The notes beneath the pieces are model-generated. The model did not search any database. It had not been told where the DNA came from and saw nothing but the letters and a program-made list of their open reading frames with translations. Positions 51,059 through 63,034 of a stretch of 64,000 bases of DNA are shown here, piece after piece. The stretch's first letter is position 1, and every line of letters begins with the position of its first letter. Origin of the DNA: Selaginella moellendorffii (lineage: Eukaryota; Plantae; Lycopodiophyta); contig NW_003314300.1 of NCBI RefSeq assembly GCF_000143415.4, forward strand, positions 594,825 through 658,824. The letters run 5' to 3'. Position numbers and translations under genes: made by a program.

Positions 51059-51299
51059 AGTTAAAAGTTAATCTAATTAAAATATATATTTATTTATTAT
51101 TAATTTATTCATTTTAATTTAAAATATAACTTTGAGTTTGAGGTGTATAACCACAGTTTAATATAATATTATTAGCATAATGGGCCTTTACTTGCTTAGA
51201 GTTTTGTGTTAATTTAATATGTACCAATGAGTAGTAATTATGATTGTGTTTAAATATATGCATTTAGTTTAGATAAATTTACTTAGCTTTTTTCATTTC

Positions 51300-51640
51300 T
51301 TCTCTTTTGAATTTCTTCTTTATTTTATTTAACAATATACTCCTCCTTTCTTCTCCTCCTCTAATTTTAAAGTAGTAATTGATGTGTTTGTAGCTAAATA
51401 ATTAGACTCAATTGAACATAATGTTCATGGCACATAATGTACCAAATTTGACTATGGGAATCCTAAGTAGTAAGGTAATCAAGTGATGATAATTGCCACC
51501 TATCAGTCTTATGATACTACCTAGGGTTTACATGAGTTTTTCAAATATGTCCAATGATAACATTATAGTACTTTTGTAGGTTTGAGCCTTTTCCCAAAGG
51601 TCTTCAAATGCACATTTGAACATGCTAATGACTATGACAA
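51300..51640 (+). pseudogene. Family-D gag remnant
   Basis: Reverse-complement similarity to 49030-49430. Confidence 0.5.
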
Positions 51641-51645
51641 TGCAT

Positions 51646-51870
51646 ACTTTTGGCTTCATGGTTCACTGCTAGAATCTCAGCCCAGCTAAATCAAGCTTCT
51701 CAACTGGCACTTTGGGTCATGCCCTGAGCCTTAACGTGACAAGAACTTGACAAGTTAAAACCAGAACCAAAGAAATTCTTGGCAACTCTCATGAATATGA
51801 AAAGCAACCAAGATTAATATGAAAATCTATAACATAATTCTGTGAGCCAAGAAAGAAAAATCAAAGAAGA
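51646..51870 (-). pseudogene. Fragment of a 4CL-like paralogue (intron 1 end + exon 2 start)
   Basis: Aligns by eye to 53200-53470 (TTTGGCTTCRTGGTTC...ACTGGCAC...GTGACAAGAACTTGA...AAGAAATTCTTGG). Confidence 0.7.
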
Positions 51871-52551
51871 AATCTAGATCGATGCCAAATAATGGAGACA
51901 AGTCTTTTTGAGCCACTACAGTTAATTAGCTATAGAAATATGCTAAGGGGAGGATATGCACCAAGAGGTTTAGCAAATCACTGGGATGAACATGTTTCAC
52001 AAACATACAGACCACATTACTAGACTTTTTGGCATGGACTCAAACCCGCTTTCACCCTCTAGGCATGACTACATACTTTTAAGTCTTATGAGTATTGTGA
52101 CAGTGTCCATTTGTAAACCAGCCTGTTCCCATCCATTGCCAAATTCGCAAACTCAATGATGCCTAGCTTGATGGTGCGGCAACTAAGGTAACACCATCTG
52201 GAGCACACCACGCTGTTGTATTAATGCTGAAAAAGAGACACCATAGTTGAACACATCCAATCCAAGGCTACTGAACTCTCTCCATTTTCCATGTATCATT
52301 TTGACGTTGAAAGCATATACATTTCCAACGATGTATTCCCCACAAAATGTGCTTATCTGGAGGCAAAGTCCTCTTTTCTCTGTCCATGTTATTGAATAAG
52401 TGCAGAGCCACCAAACCAAGCATTTAGATGTTTCACGATACAGCGCTTCATTGTGTCTCTCCGTAGCATGTCTTGTGTATGAATAGTCACTTTCTTTCTA
52501 CGTATACTCTGAGTATTTCTCCCCGCGTGAAGGGAAGAATTTTACCTATAG

Positions 52552-54540
52552 TCACAACTTGGAGCGGGAGCGAGTAACTTGGAGCAGATCCTTGCGAAGA
52601 ATTTTCCCTGTTGCTGACTTTGGAATCGAGGGTACAAAAGTCACTGCCCGGATCCTCTTATGAGAAGCGACCTGGGATAAAAAGGCAAGAATAAAGATCA
52701 CTGGAGAAAGGAAACTGTGCTTTTTACCTGTCTCGCAATGAAATCCATAACTTCGTCTTTCGAGAGCGATTTTCCTTCTTCGCCGGATCCACGAACAACG
52801 CAGGCGAGAGGAATCTCACCAGCATCATCATCCGGGTACCTGGAAGAATATTTAAAACACGGCGTTGGCAAAAGATAAAGGTAGAAAATGGTGGTGTCTG
52901 CTTACGGAATAACGGCTGCGTCGGCAATGCCTGGATGAGCGAGAAGAAGAGCTTCCAGTTCCGCAGGAGCAACCTGGAACCCTTTGTACTTGATGAGTTC
53001 CTTGAGCCTGTCGACGATGAAGAGGAAGCCATCGTCGTCGAAGTAGCCAATGTCTCCGGTGTGGAGCCAGCCCTCTGGATCGATGGTGGCGGCGGTGGCG
53101 GCAGGATTGTTGAGGTAGCTTTGCATGATGCAAGGGCCTCGCAGCCAGAGCTCGCCTCGAGAGTGTGGAGGCAGTGGCTTGCCCGCATCCACGTCCATGA
53201 CTTTGGCTTCGTGGTTCGCTGTTAGAAGCCCGGCCGAGCCGAATGGAGCTTCTCCACTGGCACCAAGACCAGTTGTCTCAGTCATGCCGTAAGCCTTGAG
53301 TGACAAGAACTTGAAAGTTAGAACCAAAACCAAGGAAAATTCCTGGACAACTCTGATGAACACATGCAAAAGTTCTAAGAACCAAAGAAATTCTTGGACA
53401 ACTCTGATAAACACGAAAAGCGAACCAAAATCATGCAACAGTTCTATGAGCCAAGCAAGGAAAATTGAACAAGAAAACCATGAAGAACGAAGAACGTACC
53501 TGACTAAACTCTTGGATTTGTGGAAACTTTGCTAGAAATGCTTCCAAAGTTTCCTTGGCCAGTGGAGCAGCGCCCGATGCGGCCCTCTTCAAAGAAGATA
53601 GATCGTAGCTTTCCACAGCTGGGTGCTTGAGGAGCGCGACCACGATCGGCGGCACCATGGGCAGACTAGTGATCTTAAATCGCTGGATGCACTGGAGCAT
53701 GTGGAGGAGGTCGAATTTCCTGACCACCACCATCGTCGCGGCGAGATAGATCATCATGCAGCCGCTATAGATGAGCCCGGCGATGTGGAAGAGCGGCAAA
53801 AGGATGAAGGTCACGACCTTGTCATCGTTGTCCTTGGGCTTAGAGGCGAGGATCGAGACCGCGGCGATGAGATTTCCATGAGAGAGCACCACGCCTTTGC
53901 TCGGCCCCGTGGTCCCCGACGAGTAGAGCAGCGCCGCTGGATCGCCCTGCCGGATTCTCACCGCGCTAGGGAATTTTCTCTCATCCACGCCGAGGAGGCT
54001 CTCGAATCGCACGAAGCGTGGATGATCCCGGAAGAATTTGGCGCCGGCATTCTCCCCGTCGAGGATCACCGTAGGGAAACCCTGGTCGTTCTTGCCGATC
54101 TTGGCGATCAGGTCCGGCATCGTCACGACAAATCCCGCCCTGGAATCTCGCAGCTGGCGCTCGATTTCGGCAGCGGTGTTGGCCGGATTGGCCGTGGTCG
54201 CGACGGCGCCGATGGAGAGAATGGCGGCGAAGAGGATCGGGAAATACACCGTGTTGCCGAGCAACAGGAGGACGACATCACCTTGGGAGACTCCGAGAAT
54301 CGATGAGAGGCCCGACGCCACGGATTTGGCGAGGCGCTGGAAATCGCCGCAGTGGATCGTGAAGCCGGTGGTGGAATCGACGAGCAGCGGCGACGAGGAG
54401 TTGGATGGATCGGCGAGAGGCCCCGAGAAGAGCAATGCGGGGAGGCTGTGATGCGTTTGGAGAGGAATCGGGACTGGAGGGAACAAGCTGCGATAGATCC
54501 CGTCCTCTCCATAGCCGCCTTTTACCTCCGCCATAGCCAT
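52552..54540 (-). CDS. 4-coumarate:CoA ligase-like acyl-activating enzyme, peroxisomal (PTS1)
   Basis: [12 protein letters not shown]; AYGMTET; GELWLRGP; GWLHTGD; [20 protein letters not shown]; [11 protein letters not shown]; C-terminus SRSKL*. Confidence 0.93.
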
Positions 54541-54649
54541 AGCCGGGAAAATATGATATGAACTCTAGGTTAGGGTTTTAGCGCATGGATTGTGTCTGGA
54601 AGGAGTGATGGCGGCTCAAGCTCGCGCTGTGGCGCTGTGCTCGCGCGAT

Positions 54650-54912
54650 CGGCAAGAACGCGAGCGCAAGAGATCATCTCAACAGGTACTTGCATTTTCT
54701 TTTGGTGTCTAGAAGATTTCAAACTGTTCTATCAGCTACCAGCAGATCTCGTACCGCAAGCGATGGCGAGAGAGTGTCTTCGAGCTCGCGTTGTGACGAT
54801 TGTCGGCAAGAACGCGAGAGAAAAAGATAATCTCACAGGTGCTTGGCCAGGCTTGTATTTTTCTTTGGTGCTATTTTGCTTGTCTTAGAAGAAGTCAAGC
54901 TGTTCTATCAGC
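54650..54912. repeat. Imperfect direct repeat (two ~90-110 bp units)
   Basis: CGGCAAGAACGCGAG...ACAGGT...CTGTTCTATCAGC at ~54650 and ~54803. Confidence 0.65.
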
Positions 54913-55562
54913 CGTGGCGTGGACTAGCGAATCTCGTGGAAGAAAAAGGCCGTAGGTCTGTCAAGAGTTATTTTTTTCTCTGTGTCGAGCCAAGATCTAA
55001 TTGGCAAATCTTTGATTGTCTGTTTTCTTTGCACGAGCTTGGCGGACGCATGAAGATAGGTATGATTTTTTCGTTTTGGCACTTCATAAGTTCGTCGTTT
55101 CGTGATTTCAGTATTTAACTTCTGTGTCAGATAGAGCTCCCAAATTCTATCGAGCTGCAAACTTTGATTAAGCGAAAGAGAAAGAGGCCGAATGGACCTG
55201 GGAAAATAAAGAAAGGCATCGCGATCGTGCCACACCTGTCGTTTGCCAGAGAAAGACGGGGAGATATGAGAGGAAAAAACTTTTTTGCGGCATTAACATC
55301 TTCTACCAAACGAGACGCTGTCCAGACCCACTTTTGACAAATTTCGCAAAGTCAGCCGAGACACGGCTAGCACTCAATGGTGCTCCGCAAAGATATGGTT
55401 GCAGAAATTATCCAGGTACGAGCGCGCACTCCCTCTATCAACTTGAGAGGAATTTCCTGCTTAAATCTTGCTCACCCATGTTTTTTTCTCTCCAGACAAT
55501 CCGAGTTTGTTGATCCAAAGTTCTATCCCAGCGGGTCTCTCTAGAAGACGAGCGAAAGAAGA

Positions 55563-55578
55563 ATGGTACGATTCCCTC

Positions 55579-55612
<34 letters not shown>

Positions 55613-57173
55613 TCTTCTGTTTCTATTCAGTACCAGTAGCTTTGTTCTCGGCAAAAGGTATGAGCTATCGCCCGGCTGGACTGCTGTGAACAACGAGAGC
55701 TTGAAAGGGGCTGGAAGCGATGGCGGTTCTAGCTATCGGATTTTAAGAGCTGGGGAGGATCCTATAGTCAGTGACAATGGAAGCTTTAGCTTGGCCTTCT
55801 ACGACCCCCAGGGAACGAACAGATACTTCCTGTGTGTGCTGCTCAACGTTGGGAAATCCAAGCCAGCTCCAGCCTCTCTCGTGGTTCCAATCTGGATTGC
55901 AAACTCCAACTCGTCATTCTCCGGCAAGGCAACTCTGATGCTCACAGGAACGCACAAAAAGTTCATACTTCTCGACTCCACCGGGACTTTGAAGTGGAGC
56001 AGCGGTAGCGTGGTCGGAATCTCCAGCTTGGAGCTCGATGAGACAGGGAACTTGATGCTGATCAGCGAAGATGGCAGCGTTCTCTGGCAGAGCTTCGAGC
56101 ACCCGACGAATGTTCTCGTTCCAGGACAGACTTTGCGGCCGGGAATGTCGATCACAAGCGTCAACTCGAGCTCCCAGCAGCCGGGACCGTTTAGAGGCAC
56201 TATGGAAGCGAGTGGCTTCGTGTTCTACGTTCTTCCAGAGACGGAGCCGACCATGGCCGATATGCTTCGCAAGCCGCAGCCGTATCAGGTGTGGAGCGTC
56301 GGTTCTAGCAGCAGCAGCCTCGAATCCGCCTTGAAGGTTTGCGACTCTTCCAAGGCGGTGATGGCCGTGACAAGCAGCGGCATCGTGATCTCCTACGAGC
56401 GTTCCAGCGGCGGCGAGTGTGGCGGCGATGGGAAATCCTTACAGGTGTATAGAAACGACGAGGATACAGCAGCGGAGACCCAGTACTGGAAGCTCGAGGA
56501 AAATGGCGACTTTGTTCTTCGCGGGTTCCACGAGCGGGAGCAAAACTGGGCGACGGTGTTCGCTCTCTCGACCCGGGCCAACGATTCGTGCAAGCACCCG
56601 ACCGCGTGTGGGAGCTACGGGCTTTGCAACAGCCAGGGGAAATGCCAGTGCGTGGGAAACAAAGAACTGGACGATCACACCTCGCTTTCTTGCGGCGCTC
56701 CGTCCGGCGTCTCGGCCTCTTGCCTCGCGAACGAGGCCGCGAACCACCACTTCGTGAAGATCCCCTCCGCGACTTACTTCTCCAACGCGTTCTCCCGGCC
56801 GGATCTCCGCAGCTCGTCGCTGGAGGATTGCTCCGCCGCGTGCGCGTCCAATTGCTCCTGCGCCGCCGCGTTCTTCAGCCGGCGCGGCGGCGGCGATTGC
56901 TTCCTGGTGGACGAGGTCATGGGCAGCTTGAGCTTGGTAGGGGGCGGCGCTGGAGCGGAGGAGGGGGATTACACGGCGCTGGTGAAGATCCAAAACGCGC
57001 AGCTCATCTCGGCGCCACTGTCCGCTAGCCGGGGGAAGGGTCCGAGCAAATCCGCGCGGACTGCCATCATCTTCCTGGCGGTGCTGTGCGGTGTTCTAGC
57101 GGTGATGCTGGCGGCGGGCGGCTACATTATCAAGATCAAATATCCCCACGCTTACAACAAGATGATGACGTGA
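55563..57173 (+). CDS. Kinase-less S-domain receptor-like protein (B-lectin, EGF, PAN, TM, short tail)
   Basis: 536-aa intact ORF; VPIWIAN; WQSFEHPTN; CKHPTACGSYGLC; CAAACASNCSC-type PAN; TM AIIFLAVLCGVLAVMLAAGGYII; stop ~14 aa later. Confidence 0.9.
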
Positions 57174-57210
57174 TCGACGTGATTTTCAAATTTAAATGTC
57201 AGAATATGCT

Positions 57211-57300
57211 TGTGTCTAGGGGTTTGAGGTGGCAGTCACAAGCTGACATGTCTGATGACGGCACGCGTTTGTGTGACTGCCACGTCAAGCCCTAGACACA
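57211..57300. repeat. Inverted repeat / hairpin (MITE- or pre-miRNA-like)
   Basis: TGTGTCTAGGG-TTTGA-GTGGCAGTCACA ... TGTGACTGCCAC-TCAAG-CCCTAGACACA. Confidence 0.8.
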
Positions 57301-57490
57301 GGTGGCAATAATGCCAGATGACATGGCACGAGTGACGTGGCATTCTTTATTACTTGCAGTTCCCGCCGACCTGTGCTTCAAAGGTACTGTGATCAATGAA
57401 TGCCAAAATCGAGGGAGTGAATGCCCTGGCTATTAGGTCAACCAGTCTAGATAGATCCCTTGTTGGATTGGAGGGCGGAAGAAGCCAGCG

Positions 57491-60166
57491 ATGCCGCCAC
57501 CGATTGCGAGTAGAAATCTCCATTCCATCTCCGCCATTCTCCTCCTGCTCTTGGCCGGGCTCACAGGATCGCGGCGAGCAGCGAATGCGAAGAGGTATGA
57601 TCTTCCTCCGGGCTGGATGGGGAACAACACCCGGGGCGCGCTCACTGAGATCCGTCTCTCGGATGGGTCTTTCTATCGGATCCTCAAGGCGCCATTGATC
57701 GGCGGTCAAAGGCATGATCTAGAGGATGTTACCAGCGACAATGGCACATTTGCCCTAGCCTTCTTCCATCTCCACGGTGGCTTCTATCTCGCGGTGGTGC
57801 TCCAGGCCCCTGGCCATGGCGAGATCTCTTCTTCGTCTTCCTCTAGCAGTGCCATTCCAGTGTGGATTGCGAACAGGGGTGGCGCCGTGGATGACAATGC
57901 GACGCTGCTGCTCACTCCCCAGAACGGCAAGATCATCCTCCTCGATTCCTCTCATAACTTCCGGTGGGGGCCAAATTCGGAGGCGATCGCGGGCGTGGAG
58001 CTCTTGGAGTCCGGGAATTTAGGGTTCTTCACGGCACAGGGCGCGGTGGTGTGGCAGAGCTTCGAGCTCCCGCAGGAGGTGATCCTTCCCGGCCAGGCTC
58101 TCAAGCCGGGAATGCAGCTCACAAGCAGCGGCACGAATCGATCCAGCCTCTACACGGCCCAGATCCACGGCGATGGATTGGTCTTGAGCGCTGGAGATCC
58201 CAAGATGATCGTCCCACAGCCCTACTTCGCCTGGAGATTGAAGGAGAAGTGTGATGGATCACCGGCAGTTCTAGTATTCACCGGCGCAGAGATCACACTC
58301 TCCTATCCAGGCGCTTGCCGATCGCTGGCACTCTCCATCCCGCTCAACACCGCCGATCCTATTCTTCTCCCCTTCCTGCGCCTCAATCCAGATGGCGATC
58401 TCGTCGCTTACAAATTCCATCCTCGATCCGCGACCTGGGTGCCCGGATTCCAGCTCTCGGCTCTCCAGCCCGATTCGTGCAAGCTCCCCGACGCGTGTGG
58501 TACCTACGGCATTTGCGAGCTCGGGGGCAAATGCCGGTGCCTGGAAGTCCCACACCGCGGCGGCGAAAGCTACCGCGAGGGCGCGCCGTCAGCTGTACCG
58601 TGCGGTACTGCGCCGCCACTTGGCGCACCGCACGGGCTACCGCAGGCCGACCAATGCGCCGACGAATACGTCAACCACCACTTTTTAAACGTGAGTGGCG
58701 TGAGCTACTTCGCGGTACCGTTGGCGGTACCCGATATGCGCGGCGCGTCGCGCGAGAAGTGTGCCGCGGCGTGCCGCTGGAACTGTAGCTGTGCCGCGCT
58801 GTTCTTTGATAACCGGACTGGGGAGTGTTTCTTCGTGCTGGACGAGATCTTGGGCAGCTTGACGATCGATCCCGCGCGGAGCTCCAGCATGATCGCGATG
58901 CTCAAGTTCTCGAACAGCCGGATCCTCAAGGGGCCGCAGTGGGGCGCTACTTCATCGCCGGCGGGGATGGAGAGAGCAAAGAGGGCGATTCTCATCGCCG
59001 CCGTGGCTGGCGTGACAGGATTCGCGATGATCTCTCTGGCGGTCTGCCTGGTGATCGTGCTCGCGCGGCGGTCGAGATCATCCACCCAAGCGAATCTGGA
59101 GGAGATGGAGCTGGATCTCGTCTTGAGCGGCATCCAGGGGCTGCCACAGCGATTCCAATACTCCGTTCTGGAGGCCGCGACGTGGGGATTCTCCAGGAAG
59201 CTTGGAGCTGGAGGATTTGGCTCGGTCTACGAGGGATTCCTGGAGGATGGCAAGAGAAGCATCGCGGTGAAGAAGCTCGAGGGCGCCAGCGCGCAGGGCG
59301 CGCGGCAATTCATCGCCGAGGTCGCGACCATCGGCAGCATCAGCCACATCAACGTCGTCAAGCTCTGTGGATTCTGCGTGGAGGGATGCCACCGGATGCT
59401 CGTCTACGAGTTCATGCCCAATGGCTCGCTCGATCGCTGGCTCTTCGTCTCGAATCAAACACCGGAGCATCCGCGAGGAGTCCTGAGCTGGGATCGCCGG
59501 GTGGAAATCGCGCTGGGCACTGCTCGCGGGCTGGCCTATCTCCACGAGGAATGCCGCGAGCCCATAATCCACCTGGACGTGAAGCCCCAGAATATCCTCC
59601 TGGATGAACGGTTCGTGGCCAAGGTCGCGGATTTCGGAATGTCCAAGCTGCTGGGCGGCCGCGATGTGAGCCACGTGGTGACGTGCGTGAGGGGGACGCC
59701 TGGTTATTTGGCCCCGGAATGGCTGCTCCATTCCATCGCGACCAAGAAATGCGATGTCTATAGCTTCGGCATGGTTCTCCTGGAGATCATTGGCGGGCGG
59801 AAGAATCTCGAGGTTTCCAGGATGAACAGCGATCTGGCGTGGTACTTCCCGGCGTGGGTCGTGAACGAGGTCAGGGAGGGGCGATTGATGGAGATTGTGG
59901 ACGAGAGGATTAGGGCTCTTGTGAGCGAGAAGGCGGCGGCGCAGATGATCCGGATCGCGCTGTGGTGCGTCCAGGAGAGCGCGGCGTCGCGGCCGACGAT
60001 GCCCGAGATCGTCCAGATGATCGAGGGGCACAGGGATGTGGAGGAGCCGCCCATGGCGTTCCATTTCGCGGTCCAGACAATGGTGGACATCACGGCGTCC
60101 AGGGATTGCTTGTCCATGGCCTATGTCACTCCTCCCAGCTTCGATGTCTCGAGCTTGATCCGGTGA
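57491..60166 (+). CDS. G-type lectin S-domain (SD2-like) receptor-like kinase, non-RD, intronless
   Basis: 891-aa ORF with the same architecture as 33359-35968; HLDVKPQN catalytic loop. Confidence 0.95.
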   Translation: MPPPIASRNLHSISAILLLLLAGLTGSRRAANAKRYDLPPGWMGNNTRGALTEIRLSDGSFYRILKAPLIGGQRHDLEDVTSDNGTFALAFFHLHGGFYLAVVLQAPGHGEISSSSSSSSAIPVWIANRGGAVDDNATLLLTPQNGKIILLDSSHNFRWGPNSEAIAGVELLESGNLGFFTAQGAVVWQSFELPQEVILPGQALKPGMQLTSSGTNRSSLYTAQIHGDGLVLSAGDPKMIVPQPYFAWRLKEKCDGSPAVLVFTGAEITLSYPGACRSLALSIPLNTADPILLPFLRLNPDGDLVAYKFHPRSATWVPGFQLSALQPDSCKLPDACGTYGICELGGKCRCLEVPHRGGESYREGAPSAVPCGTAPPLGAPHGLPQADQCADEYVNHHFLNVSGVSYFAVPLAVPDMRGASREKCAAACRWNCSCAALFFDNRTGECFFVLDEILGSLTIDPARSSSMIAMLKFSNSRILKGPQWGATSSPAGMERAKRAILIAAVAGVTGFAMISLAVCLVIVLARRSRSSTQANLEEMELDLVLSGIQGLPQRFQYSVLEAATWGFSRKLGAGGFGSVYEGFLEDGKRSIAVKKLEGASAQGARQFIAEVATIGSISHINVVKLCGFCVEGCHRMLVYEFMPNGSLDRWLFVSNQTPEHPRGVLSWDRRVEIALGTARGLAYLHEECREPIIHLDVKPQNILLDERFVAKVADFGMSKLLGGRDVSHVVTCVRGTPGYLAPEWLLHSIATKKCDVYSFGMVLLEIIGGRKNLEVSRMNSDLAWYFPAWVVNEVREGRLMEIVDERIRALVSEKAAAQMIRIALWCVQESAASRPTMPEIVQMIEGHRDVEEPPMAFHFAVQTMVDITASRDCLSMAYVTPPSFDVSSLIR

Positions 60167-60280
60167 GAAGATCATCCAGTAGAGGAAGAAGCATCTTTTT
60201 TTAACACAAGAATATTCTCCTTGGCGCGAGTTGTAAACTCTTAGGGTTCTTCTTTCGGTTCATTAGTAAGCCCTAGTGGA

Positions 60281-62483
60281 ATGGCGCTTGCGATTTCTTC
60301 CGGCCGCGGCAAGGCGATCCAGCTCCAGCCGGTCTCGCACATCGCGTTCGTGGTACGTGACGCTGCTGATTCGGCCAATGTGCTGCTTGTGCGATCGATC
60401 GCTGCTGCCGATCTGGAGCCGGGCGACTCCGAAATCTGGGACCTTCCCTGCTTCGATCTGCCGAGGCTCGGCAAGCGGCAGCAGCTGAGAGGCAGCATTG
60501 ATCATCCACAGCTCGTTTGCAGCGTGGAGGCGGCTCTTCGAGAGGCTGGAGTGAGAAATTTTGCCATTGAGGAGGCTATTGAGAAGGTGAGGTCTACTTT
60601 TTCTTTGCCTTTGTTGGACTTTAGTGTTTGATATGTTGCGTTTTTTCTTCCTCTAGGTGCAAGCGCTGGTGCCTACGCCTTTACATTTTGTCAGCCTTTG
60701 GAAAATTGTTAGAGAGCCAGATTTTGGACCCAGGGCCCCGATACAAACCGTGGTGTTGATCGTGGAAGCACCACGATATGTGTCGTCCTTGGGTGGGTTT
60801 GATCTTTTTGTTTTTCTTTCTTTATCTCTTCATACGAATGTATCTTTCATCCAGGTTCTTGTGAGTGGTTTGATCGTCAGAGAGCGCTGGAGCTGCTTGT
60901 GAATGAGACTCGTGATGCCGAACGCGTCGGTGTTCTCGCTGCTAGTTTTTTCTATCCCTCGTTTCCAAAGGGTACTTGCAGCGATCTTAACTTGGAGTGT
61001 TTCTACCAGGTTTGTCTTGTGATGTTGTTTAAGATTATATGCCATTAACATTGGATGTTTTGGCAGGAGTATCCCCCAGGAGTGTTAGTCATTCCTATGC
61101 TGTCGCGAACTTTGAAGCCTTTTTGCAAAACTAACTTGGTCATAAGCGCACCGACGAGTTCACGGTTTTTAGATGCGGACGTGAACATCAATGATAGTAC
61201 ATTTACTGGACAGGCTTTGATTGTAGATCCTGGTTGCTCAGTTCCGGCATATAACGAGGTATGGATTCTTGTTTTTCGTTTTTCAATTTTCTTTACAAGA
61301 GAACTTTCTGCAGAACAGCTGGTTGCAATCGTTAGATTATTGCCCAAAAAGCTATTTGTTTTTCTAACTCATCACCACCTAGATCACACTGAAGGTCTCC
61401 CCGCTGTTAAACAAGCCAACTCCGGGGCCATCGTCATAGCGCACGAGAAAACACTCAAGAGAATTGGTCCAGGTTTGTGTGAAATCTATTCAAGTGCTCA
61501 TGCAAAATTGTATGAAACAGCTCTTTATGGCATCAAGTATGTATCAGTAACTGGTGGAACGAAGCTACTTATCAGCGGACAACGTTTTGAGATCATTGCC
61601 GCTCCTGTAAGCTGTTTACGTGATCTATTCTTTAGGCAAGCAAGCAAGCTTCATTGTCATGGCAGGGCCACACGGATGGACATCTTTGTTTGTTTCACCT
61701 CGAAACTCGGACTCTTGTCGCTGGCGACCACTGTGTGGGGTATGCATAAGTTTTCCAATCGAGTTTCTAATCGACGAGAACTCTTTGCAGTGAAGGAAGT
61801 TCCATTGTTGACGGCAACTCTGGAGGAAATCTTCATGTAATACACCAGGCTCTTTTATGCTTTTATTCTGATTCTTTTCTCCTTGCGTTTACAGGACTAC
61901 ATGAACACTAGCCATCGCCTGTTGGAGCTCGCGCCTAAGGTAGTGGTGCCGATGCACGGACGGCCCAATCTCTTGCCTTTGCAGCTTCTCAAAGGATACA
62001 TAAAGTGAGTGATCTCTAAAGCAAATTCGCTGGTGGCAACACGTAACTTTGTTTTTTCAGGCATCGGCAAAGCAGGGAAGCTACTATCTTAAAGGCTATC
62101 GAGGCCGGCGCAACGAGTGCGTTCGCCATAGTTTCCAGTGCGTACAAGCAGACAAACATATTGCTCTGGCCAGCAGCGTTGATCAACGTAAAGGTTCACG
62201 TCGACCACCTGCAAAGGCAGCAAAAGCTACCACAGGTATAATTCTCACACCAGCGCTGCTATCGTGTATCGGCTAAACATCTACCGCGTTCTCATCGCAG
62301 GGGTTTCCCGTGGAGAAATTCAAGCGTAGCTGCGGACTCGCTTTCAAAGTGCGATGGTTTGCGAGATTCATCGGTTCGTACGCTTTCCAGCGTAACGCAT
62401 GGAGACTCCTGCTATGCCTTGTCGCGATTTTCTTCGTTTGGTACAAATGGGGCCAGGGATCGGGCGAGGAAGAAGAGTGGTGA
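60281..62483 (+). CDS. Metallo-beta-lactamase fold protein (LACTB2-like), multi-exon, C-terminal TM
   Basis: IVDPG; THHHLDHTEG (HxHxDH); GHTDGH; VAGDHCVG; PMHG; last exon ...WRLLLCLVAIFFVWYKWGQGSGEEEEW*. Confidence 0.85.
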
Positions 62484-63034
62484 ATCTACCAACTTTGATA
62501 GGTGACTATAAAACTCTCTTATACAGCATGGGACTAATATAATGCTCCTGACAATGTTATAAACAATGTATATACGCAAATTTCTTCCTTCTAGAACAAG
62601 GTGGTGGATCGTCAAAACTCTAAGATATGATAGATTCAATCAGACAAAGAAACTCTAGCTGATACGTGTAACAATGATAAGAGCTGGTCTTGAAAACAAT
62701 GCATATAGCGAGCTTGACTAAGCCTCGTAAAAGCAGGAGCCTCTGCTAGAGTAGAAGTGATACCTGGCATTCCACCAAGGACGCTGCTTTAGACAATGTG
62801 ACGCCATGCTTGAACACCACGCTTGATTTTCCCCTGCGTTGAAGCTTTCCACCGCCCGCTTTTCTTTTCTTTTCTTTTTTTTTTTCTTTCTCCGAAGTAT
62901 TGCTTCGTCAGTAGCTTCTCCAGTCCCTTTATCAAAGCGAGACGTTGATAGCTCTCGACAGAAGAACGCTCGCTCGATCGAAGAAGAACCGTGCCGAAAG
63001 AAAGAAATCTACTTGGCTTTTGCTCGCTGCGACG

